Shown here: positions 35,964-44,083 of the stretch, piece after piece
Layout of the letters: each line of letters opens with the position of its first letter
Position numbering within the stretch: position 1 is the stretch's first letter
Virus record (IMG/VR): IMGVR_UViG_3300049472_000121
Location: 1 to 45,836 of that record
Strand: one strand, 5' to 3'
Source of the DNA: a virus
Taxonomy: Duplodnaviria; Caudoviricetes
DNA: 45,836 nt
Position numbers and translations under genes: made by a program
Notes under the pieces: generated by a model
The model's input: only the letters and a program-made list of their open reading frames with translations
What the model was told of the DNA's origin: nothing
Databases searched by the model: none

Positions 35964-37545
35964 GCCAATTTTTGTAAATCAGAATCTCACAACCACTACT
36001 CGAGCACCGAAGAGTTTTGAGCTAGACGCCAAAAAGCGCGAGTTGCAATTAATTCAACGCCAAGAGCGGATCTATCATTGCTTACCTCACCTCTATGGGT
36101 ATAAGTGGTATCATTGGAGCAAAGCATTTTTTGAGAACAGACATAAAGTAGCACTTCTGACAGCAGGCAATCAGCTGAGCAAGTCATCAACCATGATTCG
36201 TAAGTGCATTGACTGGGCGACAGATAAATCCAAGTGGAAAGAGTTATGGCCTAATCACGATGCACCCCGACTCTTTTGGTATTTTTACCCAACGCTTACA
36301 GTCGCCACAACGGAAGTTGAGACTAAATGGATTCCTGAGTTTCTGCCGCGTGATGAGTTTCGCGATGACCCCACATATGGATGGAAAATTTATTACGACA
36401 AAAAAGGTGTGGTCGATGAGATTCATTTTAACAGCGGAGTGGTTCTTCAGTTTAAGGCGTATAGCATGGCTGCGCAGAATCTTCAGACCTCCACTGTTTA
36501 TTGGATAGGTGTTGACGAAGAATTACCGATGCACCTGTACGACGAATTAATGTTTCGACTACACGCAACTGAAGGATATTTTAACAGCGTATTTACCGCA
36601 ACCATAGGACAGGAATTTTGGAGAGCTTGTATGGAGGAGCGTGGGACAGACCAAGAAAAACTCCCTGATGCTTACAAAGTACAGGTAAGCGCATACGACT
36701 GCCAATACTATATTGATGGAACCCCGTCTCCTTGGACTGCCGCCAGAATAGAAGCAGCAAAATCCAAGTGTCGAAATGAAAGCGAAGTGCAGAAAAGAAT
36801 TTATGGGAAATTTGTTATGGACGAGGGATTGAAGATAACAACATTTTCTCCATCCAAGCACGTTATAACCCCGTTTCCAGTAACAGATAGTTTTCAGATT
36901 TACGCTGGTGTTGACGTTGGTTCGGGGGGGAGTAACCACCCTGCCGCTATCGTATTTATTGCGCTAGCCCCCAACGCTCGAGCAGGATATGTTTTTAAAG
37001 CGTGGCGTGGCGATAACTTAGTTACCACCGCTTCCGATATTTTGGATAAGTACAATGAGTTGTCTAAAGATTTGAATGTCGTAATGAAGTTTGCAGACCC
37101 CCGAGCCACGGATTTTCACAATATCGCGATACGGGCTGGGACTCCTTTCACGAAGCCCGATTCAAAACACGAGGTTGGCGAAAGTGTGCTCGGGACTTTA
37201 TTCGGCAATGATATGCTGTTCTTGTTTCAGGATTCTGAAATCAATAAGCTTGGTACAGAGCTAATGTCGCTTAGTAGTGGGACACCAAAGACAATTGCTA
37301 AAGATGATTTGTATGATGCTTTGCGTTACACCTGTGTTTCTATTCCATGGGATTGGCAGGTGATTGGCGACAAGCTTTCGGAAAAGGATAAAACAAAGCC
37401 AATACCGCCCCAAGAGACAGAGGCTGAGAGACAGATCCGTGAACGCCGAGGGGAGCGTTTAGCGAGTGACAAAACCACCCAAGATTGGGAAGAAGACTTC
37501 CAGGCTGAGATAGATGAGTACAACAGCTTAGCGGAGGAGTTTTAG
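35947..37545 (+). CDS. terL: Terminase large subunit
   Basis: LTAGNQLSKS Walker A variant, IGVDEE Walker B, AGVDVG and DDLYDALRY nuclease motifs (ORF track starts 35929). Confidence 0.93.
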   Translation: MTKKREPIFVNQNLTTTTRAPKSFELDAKKRELQLIQRQERIYHCLPHLYGYKWYHWSKAFFENRHKVALLTAGNQLSKSSTMIRKCIDWATDKSKWKELWPNHDAPRLFWYFYPTLTVATTEVETKWIPEFLPRDEFRDDPTYGWKIYYDKKGVVDEIHFNSGVVLQFKAYSMAAQNLQTSTVYWIGVDEELPMHLYDELMFRLHATEGYFNSVFTATIGQEFWRACMEERGTDQEKLPDAYKVQVSAYDCQYYIDGTPSPWTAARIEAAKSKCRNESEVQKRIYGKFVMDEGLKITTFSPSKHVITPFPVTDSFQIYAGVDVGSGGSNHPAAIVFIALAPNARAGYVFKAWRGDNLVTTASDILDKYNELSKDLNVVMKFADPRATDFHNIAIRAGTPFTKPDSKHEVGESVLGTLFGNDMLFLFQDSEINKLGTELMSLSSGTPKTIAKDDLYDALRYTCVSIPWDWQVIGDKLSEKDKTKPIPPQETEAERQIRERRGERLASDKTTQDWEEDFQAEIDEYNSLAEEF

Positions 37546-38025
37546 ATGCAAAAGAAAATTGAGGAGTACTGGGGGTATGATCCAGCCACAGGACGCGTTT
37601 ATTGGCATCGGGATTACTACAGATTTAAAAAAGGACAGGACGTTGGTACTCCAGACAAGGGAAAATATTTAAAAGCGCAGTTTGATGGACAAATGTTGTA
37701 CTTGCACAGGGTAGCGTGGCGACTTCATTATGGTACATGGCCCCCACGACATATCGACCATGTAAATGCTGATGGTTTAGACAACAGAATAGATAATTTG
37801 AGATTAGCAACGCCTTCCGAAAATTCCTGTAATCGCCGCATACAAAGTAACAATAATTCTGGATTTAAAGGTGTTAGTTTTAAGCTATCCCATAAAAAAT
37901 GGTCAGCAACTATTTGGAAGCAGAGTAAAAAAATTCATATAGGATATTTTGACACACCAGAAGAAGCCTCGGAAGCCTATAAAACAGCTGCCAAGTGGTA
38001 TCATGGAGAATTTGCACGATGGTAA
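37546..38025 (+). CDS. HNH endonuclease with AP2 domain
   Basis: YDPATG...LHRVAW...IDHVNADGLDNRIDNLRLAT...SGFKGV...IGYFDTPEEA. Confidence 0.93.
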   Translation: MQKKIEEYWGYDPATGRVYWHRDYYRFKKGQDVGTPDKGKYLKAQFDGQMLYLHRVAWRLHYGTWPPRHIDHVNADGLDNRIDNLRLATPSENSCNRRIQSNNNSGFKGVSFKLSHKKWSATIWKQSKKIHIGYFDTPEEASEAYKTAAKWYHGEFARW

Positions 38026-38315
38026 CAACTAAACCCCTTTCTTTTACGCAAATCATCAGTATAATTAAAACTTGCGGAGATAGCGGAGTCGCAAGCTTTA
38101 AGCTTGGCGATCTTGATGTTGCCTTCCACCCTCGTGCCCAAAGCAATGTGGCATATCAAAGCGAGGAGCAGTACCCAACTACAAAAATCACCGAGTCAGT
38201 ATCCCAAGCAGTTGAGACTGATGAGGAAGTTGAAGAATATAGGCAAGCGCAGGAATTGATCACGAACCCCGAAGCCTTTGAGCTGGACATGATCGAGCGC
38301 GCAACTCAGGAGTAA
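38019..38315 (+). CDS. Hypothetical protein (pre-portal)
   Basis: GGAG before MVTTKP; IIKTCGDSGVASFKLGDL (ORF track starts 37995). Confidence 0.7.
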   Translation: MVTTKPLSFTQIISIIKTCGDSGVASFKLGDLDVAFHPRAQSNVAYQSEEQYPTTKITESVSQAVETDEEVEEYRQAQELITNPEAFELDMIERATQE

Positions 38316-38316
38316 C

Positions 38317-38541
38317 ATGAAAAAATATACCGAAGGTGGAAACAGCCCTTGGATGAAGCAGAAGATGTCTGAGGCGGCAAAAGCAGAAGAAGACGCCAAA
38401 TACTGGGGTAACGCACTAGAAAAATCCAAAGATCCCAATTACGCACCATCGAATCCAAGAGCTTACCGAAATCGAATGGGTAGCGCTCTAGAAGAAAAAA
38501 ATAGTATTGAAGATGAGATGCTGCGAGGAGAAAAAAAGTGA
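38317..38541 (+). CDS. Hypothetical protein
   Basis: AGGAG RBS; GTGA overlap with the portal gene. Confidence 0.65.
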   Translation: MKKYTEGGNSPWMKQKMSEAAKAEEDAKYWGNALEKSKDPNYAPSNPRAYRNRMGSALEEKNSIEDEMLRGEKK

Positions 38542-40670
38542 AGCCAAAAACTATTGAAGATCTTCAGGAACTTTATACAAACGCTGAAGCAGACGACAAA
38601 GAAGTCTTCTCTGAGATGCGCAGTAACCTTCAGCTTGTAGCTGGAGAGCACTATAGTAAAAAGTCTTTAGATAAATATTTCAATAGACAAAGATTGGGTA
38701 ATCAAAACGAACCCAACAAACTCCGACTCACAAAAAACCACATCCAAAAGATTGTTTCGCATTACGCAGAAGCGATCATGTCGCAATCACCAGGTGTGAA
38801 AATTGTCCCGCAGATTGATTCGGAATTACAGGACCAAAAGAACGCAGAACTCAATCAAGCAGTTTGGACCCATGTAAAATCAGCTGAGAAGCTCCGTGAA
38901 AAATCCCGCGCTCTTTGCGATGACTACTGTCAAATCGGTGAGTGCGCGGTTAAGATTTTCTGGGATCCCTACAAAGGGGATTTCATTGGATATGAGCAAA
39001 AGGTTGATGAATCGGGGATGCCTGTATTTGATGAAATGGGGCAACCTGTTGCCGATGAATCCCGCCCCACGTTTACTGGCGGAATTGAATTTGAGCGCAT
39101 ATTCGGGTTTAACATTCTCCGCGCACCCGGTGCTAAATCTATGGACGAGTCCAATGTCATCATCCTTCGTAAGATGAGCGACATGAAGGATTTAAAAAAG
39201 ATTTACGAAGGCGATGAAGAGAAATCAAAATATATTACTGAAAGCTCTAAGGAAGAGTTTGTGGTTTTTGATTCAGCTAAATCCTCATACACCCGAACCA
39301 AGGGCCAAGTATTAATTAAAGAATATTATTTCAGACCTTGCATGGAATATCCAAACGGATATTTTTACATCACCACCGATGCTGGGATCTTAGAAGAGGG
39401 AGAACTTCCCTTTGGTATTTTCCCAATCGTGTGGCGTGGATTTGAACAATATCCTACACGCCCGAGAGGGTACTCCAAGATTAAAGTTGTTCGTCCCTAC
39501 CAAGCGGAAATTAACCGCGCTGCTTCTCAGCAATCAACTCACCAAGTAACTTTGGCTGACGATAAAATTATTTACATGGCAGGAACTAAGCTAGCTCCTG
39601 GCGCGCTTCTTCCAGGTGTGCGCGGCGTGACCTACCAAGGCCAAGCGCCAACAATTTTGCCAGGCCGAACTGGTGAGCAGTTCACAGCTTATATCGCCGA
39701 CACTATTTCTGAGATGTATTCAGTAGCTATGCTTGAGGAGTTAAATGAAGACAATCCTTCGTCTGCTCAAACCGATCCTTGGGCTAACCTCTATAAAAAT
39801 ATTCGACAAAAGAAAAAGTTTGCGAAATACGGAGAAGGATTTGAGAACTTCCTAATTGAGATGTGCCAAACCGCGCTTAAAGTTTTAAAAGCGTATCTCC
39901 CCGATGATATGACAATTCAAATGGTGGGGCGCAAAGAACAAGTCAACATCCCCGAGTTTAAATCCACCACATCACAAGATTATTTAATCAAAGTTGAAGC
40001 TGTTGAAGATTCTCTCGAGACACAAATGGGCAAACAACTCACAGCAACGCACGTTATGCAGTATGTTGGAAAGCAATTGCCCCCCGAAGCATTGGGTAAT
40101 TTAATTAAAGAACTTCCCTTCGGCAATTTTGAGAGTGGATTTGACGAATTTACAATTGATTCTGATAATGTGAAAAACGACATGCTGGCTCTTGAGCGTG
40201 GTGAGCCACCTATGTTTAATGACTCAGATAACCACGAATATTATGTGAAAAAGTTCGGTAGTCGGATTAAAAAACCAGATTTCCGTTATCTAGACCCCAT
40301 GATTCAGCAAAATTACCAACAAGTTTTGCAAATGCACATGGAAGCAGACGCTAAACAAAAAGAAGCTATTTTGGCCGCTAAAAATGAGCAGATTCCGACA
40401 AGTGGCCCTATGGTTGGCGTTGATTTATATGTCGCAAACAAAGAAGATCCTTCAAAAGCACCGAAACGTGCTCGCTTACCTACAAGTGCCGTTGAGTGGT
40501 TGGTTAAGCAAATGGAAGCGCAAGGTCAAACTATGGAAAAACTCGAGAAATATGACCAAGGTAACTTGGCGAAAATCTCGGAGATGTTACTATCTTCTGC
40601 AGCGCAAGGAAATGCGCCAGGAGGAATGAATGGAACAGGAAACATCAACGGGGGCGGAATCCCTCAATAA
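38538..40670 (+). CDS. Portal protein (P22-like size)
   Basis: 710 aa between terL and scaffold; NHIQKIVSHY, KIFWDP, VRPYQAEINR portal-like motifs. Confidence 0.85.
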   Translation: MKPKTIEDLQELYTNAEADDKEVFSEMRSNLQLVAGEHYSKKSLDKYFNRQRLGNQNEPNKLRLTKNHIQKIVSHYAEAIMSQSPGVKIVPQIDSELQDQKNAELNQAVWTHVKSAEKLREKSRALCDDYCQIGECAVKIFWDPYKGDFIGYEQKVDESGMPVFDEMGQPVADESRPTFTGGIEFERIFGFNILRAPGAKSMDESNVIILRKMSDMKDLKKIYEGDEEKSKYITESSKEEFVVFDSAKSSYTRTKGQVLIKEYYFRPCMEYPNGYFYITTDAGILEEGELPFGIFPIVWRGFEQYPTRPRGYSKIKVVRPYQAEINRAASQQSTHQVTLADDKIIYMAGTKLAPGALLPGVRGVTYQGQAPTILPGRTGEQFTAYIADTISEMYSVAMLEELNEDNPSSAQTDPWANLYKNIRQKKKFAKYGEGFENFLIEMCQTALKVLKAYLPDDMTIQMVGRKEQVNIPEFKSTTSQDYLIKVEAVEDSLETQMGKQLTATHVMQYVGKQLPPEALGNLIKELPFGNFESGFDEFTIDSDNVKNDMLALERGEPPMFNDSDNHEYYVKKFGSRIKKPDFRYLDPMIQQNYQQVLQMHMEADAKQKEAILAAKNEQIPTSGPMVGVDLYVANKEDPSKAPKRARLPTSAVEWLVKQMEAQGQTMEKLEKYDQGNLAKISEMLLSSAAQGNAPGGMNGTGNINGGGIPQ

Positions 40671-41622
40671 CGAATCAACCGAATCAGTAAGTACAGAGAC
40701 AGTTTCAGCACCGGAGGGGAACGCTGAAGGTATCTCAGGACATATTGCCAAGGTTCAAGCGGGCGCATTGGATAAACAGGTCGAAACACCTGCCTATACG
40801 CCAAATTTCAAGTTTAAGGCTGCAGATAAAGAACAAGAATTTGACGATTTTGTTCGGAACGCTGTCAAAACGCCTGAACAAGAGAAGAAATTGCGCGAAT
40901 TGTATGAGAAAGCTTATGGGCTTGATCATGTAAAAAGTGAGCGAGAAAAGTACAGAAATGACTACAAAACCATCAATGAACAGCACTCAGCGCTCAATAA
41001 AGGGCTTGATCAGTTGTCGTCGATGCTCAGAAACAAAGATTATCACGGCTTCATGGAAGCGCTTAAAATTCCCGAGCAGGACATCTTGCAATATGCGCTT
41101 TCGCGAGTACAATATAAGGAGATGCCTCCTGAACAGAGGCAACAGCTTGATCAACAATACCAAGCACAGCAACGCTTAGCGTATTTAGAGCAAGCAAACC
41201 AAGAATTAGTTTCTGGATACCAAAGCCAGATGGTCCAGCAACGTACGAGTGAACTTGATGGTTACATCGGACGCCCCGAAGTCTCCCAAGTCGCAAGTGC
41301 ATTCGATGCCCGAGTCGGAAGACAAGGCGCATTTAGAGATGAAGTGATCCGTAGGGGGCAGTACTACGCCAGTCTCCCCGAATCCCAAGACATAACTGTT
41401 GAACAAGCCGTTCAAGAGATTATGAACCTTGTGGGCAATATCTCGCCGCAGGCAACGCCAGCTTCGGCACAAGCGCAAGTGGATGGTATGCAAACCGCTC
41501 ACGAGCAACAACAATCAAAACCAGTTATCCCAAATATTAAAGGTCGTGGAACTTCTCCCGCTAAGAAAGTTGTCCGTTCAATGGACGATCTTCGCAATAT
41601 AGCGAAAAGTTTCCAAGACTAG
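40630..41622 (+). CDS. Capsid scaffolding protein
   Basis: Acidic N-terminus, coiled coil, between portal and capsid genes. Confidence 0.8.
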   Translation: MEQETSTGAESLNNESTESVSTETVSAPEGNAEGISGHIAKVQAGALDKQVETPAYTPNFKFKAADKEQEFDDFVRNAVKTPEQEKKLRELYEKAYGLDHVKSEREKYRNDYKTINEQHSALNKGLDQLSSMLRNKDYHGFMEALKIPEQDILQYALSRVQYKEMPPEQRQQLDQQYQAQQRLAYLEQANQELVSGYQSQMVQQRTSELDGYIGRPEVSQVASAFDARVGRQGAFRDEVIRRGQYYASLPESQDITVEQAVQEIMNLVGNISPQATPASAQAQVDGMQTAHEQQQSKPVIPNIKGRGTSPAKKVVRSMDDLRNIAKSFQD

Positions 41623-41637
41623 AAAAGGAATTAAAAA

Positions 41638-42915
41638 ATGGCTACAAACAGAAGTTTTAGCGCAATGCTGTTGGACTATGCTCCTCTTAGCTTGCTCGAA
41701 CAAGAAATGATTAAACGCGATTGGCTTCTCACAAATATTGAAAAGGATAACGGATGGGCCGGAGCCTCCGCTACCGCTGGTGAAGCTGCATACCTCGTGC
41801 CTTTCGTAGGCGCAGGCGCTTCATCTGTTGAATTTGGAGCTTTGGCTTCAGCATCAGACATCTCAGAAGATAGCTTTGTACGTGGTAAAGAAACTGTACA
41901 AGCTGAAGTTTGGGGTTCGATGGTATTTAACAGCCGCGATCTTCAAGAACACGGAAAAGGAATCAACGAGAAATCTTTCTTGAAGATCCTTCCTGATCGT
42001 CTTGAGCGCTTCATGCAAACCATGAAAGAAGCAGTTTCGACCAACCTTCTTTCTGGCCCATCTTTCGCAAAAGTTACTGCAGAAACTGACCTCGCTAACG
42101 GCGTTGTCGAAGTAGATCATATCGACCGCTTCCAACTCGGACAAAAAGTTTCTCTCGATGACGATAACAGCGCAGCTACTAGCTACTATGTTATTGCTAT
42201 CGACATCAACGCTGGAGCTTCAAACCTCGGTACAGTAACTTTGTCTGCTACTCGTGGTGGCGCTGCTGCTAACATCGGTGCTTATACTGTGGCTCAGAAC
42301 GCTAAGTTCTACCACCCCGGCGCACAATCTGCTTCGTTCAACTCGTTGATCGACAGCCTCTTGTCTGCTGCTAACGGCGGCTCGTCCACTTTGCACGGCG
42401 TGACCAAGTTGTCGTACCCTGCACTTCAAGCAACTCAAGTTTCGGGCGCTGCAGTAACTGCTGCTAACATCCTTGAGAAACTCTTTGATGGTTATACCCA
42501 AGTTCGCCGCAAGGCTCGTGGTATGGCTTCCAAGATCTTGATGAGCTACAAACATTTGGGATCGATCATGAAATTGATCGAAACTCAAAAAGGTGGATTC
42601 AAAGTTACAGCTACCACCACTAAGGCTTCTCTCTTCGGTTGGACCGAGATTGAAATCACCTCAGTACGTGGCGCTTTGACCATCGTTGGTATTCAAGAAA
42701 TGCCTGATGAACAAATCGTGTATCTCGACCCTGCAGCTTTCGTGTTTGCTTCTAACGGAATGTTCCGTCGTGAGAAATCTCCCGATGGTAATGAATATTT
42801 CGCAGTTCGTAACACGACTGGCTTCCAGTACGTTGTTGATACCTGCTTGTTCGGTAATTTGATCTGCAAAGCCCCAGGAAACTGCGGCATCATGCACTCA
42901 ATCCCTGCATACTAG
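41638..42915 (+). CDS. Major capsid protein
   Basis: 425 aa, strongly biased codon use, AAGGA RBS, followed by a hairpin. Confidence 0.85.
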   Translation: MATNRSFSAMLLDYAPLSLLEQEMIKRDWLLTNIEKDNGWAGASATAGEAAYLVPFVGAGASSVEFGALASASDISEDSFVRGKETVQAEVWGSMVFNSRDLQEHGKGINEKSFLKILPDRLERFMQTMKEAVSTNLLSGPSFAKVTAETDLANGVVEVDHIDRFQLGQKVSLDDDNSAATSYYVIAIDINAGASNLGTVTLSATRGGAAANIGAYTVAQNAKFYHPGAQSASFNSLIDSLLSAANGGSSTLHGVTKLSYPALQATQVSGAAVTAANILEKLFDGYTQVRRKARGMASKILMSYKHLGSIMKLIETQKGGFKVTATTTKASLFGWTEIEITSVRGALTIVGIQEMPDEQIVYLDPAAFVFASNGMFRREKSPDGNEYFAVRNTTGFQYVVDTCLFGNLICKAPGNCGIMHSIPAY

Positions 42916-42926
42916 GTTTAATTCTT

Positions 42927-42959
42927 AGGTAGCCTCCTTAATTGGGGGCTACCTCTTTT
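42927..42959 (+). terminator. Hairpin terminator/attenuator after the capsid gene
   Basis: AGGTAGCCTCC-TTAATT-GGGGGCTACCT then CTTTT. Confidence 0.7.
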
Positions 42960-42972
42960 AAAGGAGTTCTCT

Positions 42973-43311
42973 ATGGCAATTTCAACTTCACAAGTTGCTT
43001 TACTTAACAAAATTGGAGCACAAGCTGCCAATGCCCCTGTCGGTGGTGTTAAGTTAGGCGATTTGATCAATATCCAAGTCTACACTTCATCTGCTGGCGC
43101 AGGTGGTGCTTCAACGGCTGCTATGACTCTCACAGGTCTTGCTGCTGACGACACCATTCTTGCTGTTCACCAAAAAACAAAAGGCGCAAACAACTTGCCT
43201 CTTTTGGGTTGGTCAACTCAAGCTGCTAACGCTTTGACTGCTATTTGGTCAGGTGATCCTGGCGCTGGTGCAGTGATCGTTGTTTGCGTTCTTAAAGCTG
43301 CTGCAACTTAA
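42973..43311 (+). CDS. Putative capsid decoration protein
   Basis: A/G/T-rich, capsid-like codon use, AAGGAG RBS. Confidence 0.7.
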   Translation: MAISTSQVALLNKIGAQAANAPVGGVKLGDLINIQVYTSSAGAGGASTAAMTLTGLAADDTILAVHQKTKGANNLPLLGWSTQAANALTAIWSGDPGAGAVIVVCVLKAAAT

Positions 43312-43326
43312 TTAAGGGGGTGAGCT

Positions 43327-43638
43327 ATGGCTCAATTTAAGTCTTTAGTTGTTACAGTAACGACTGCTGGAACTGAAGTCAGAGTTTCTTCAACTGATCT
43401 ACATGTGAAGAAGCTTATTGTTCGCTCTGCTGCCGCCAATACAGGTAACATGTTTATCGGTAACGATGGCGCTGGAGCTGTGGCAATTACTTCAGGTCTT
43501 GCATTAGAACCAGCTGATCCTCCGTTAGTTATTGGGGATCTAGAAATTGGTGGGAAAGACGATACCATTAACTTGAAGGATCTTTGGGTAGACTCATCGG
43601 TCAACGGCGAGAAGCTAACCATTTTGTACTTTTACTAA
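43327..43638 (+). CDS. Virion beta-sandwich protein
   Basis: VRSAAANTGNMFIGN...GLALEP...INLKDLWV. Confidence 0.7.
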   Translation: MAQFKSLVVTVTTAGTEVRVSSTDLHVKKLIVRSAAANTGNMFIGNDGAGAVAITSGLALEPADPPLVIGDLEIGGKDDTINLKDLWVDSSVNGEKLTILYFY

Positions 43639-43940
43639 TGGCAACAAAGTTAAAAACTTTCAGAAAAGTCCTTGGGTCAGCTAGTGCCGAGCAGCTAACA
43701 ACTACTCGCATACTGACTCAGGGATTTGCTGTTAGATCAGAATTAACCAACGATATTTTATACGTTGGCGATTCTACTGTTACAGCGTCAAATGGAATGT
43801 TTCTACAAGCAGGTGAATCAAACGAAAAGTACGCACGCGCTCTTGCGCGAGGCTACTCTACGACTTACGATTTAAGTAAGGTTTACATCATAGGAACTTC
43901 AGGGAACGCTGTAAGAGTAGAATATGAGGCAGACGAGTAA
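43638..43940 (+). CDS. Virion beta-sandwich protein, paralogue of the previous gene
   Basis: TAATG coupling; VRSELTNDILYVGD...GMFLQAGE...YDLSKVYI (ORF track starts 43584). Confidence 0.7.
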   Translation: MATKLKTFRKVLGSASAEQLTTTRILTQGFAVRSELTNDILYVGDSTVTASNGMFLQAGESNEKYARALARGYSTTYDLSKVYIIGTSGNAVRVEYEADE

Positions 43941-44083
43941 TGGGACATATCGGAATCAAATACCCCATTGGGTCAGATATAGATTTAAATGACATTGACA
44001 TCTTAACATTCGACGATGGCTCAGGAGTTTTTGAAATATTGTTTAACTCTGAAGGCGATGTATTGTTTGGAGACTTCACATGA
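43940..44083 (+). CDS. Small acidic protein, 47 aa (MGHIGIKYPIGSD...)
   Basis: TAATG and ATGA couplings at both ends. Confidence 0.65.
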   Translation: MGHIGIKYPIGSDIDLNDIDILTFDDGSGVFEILFNSEGDVLFGDFT

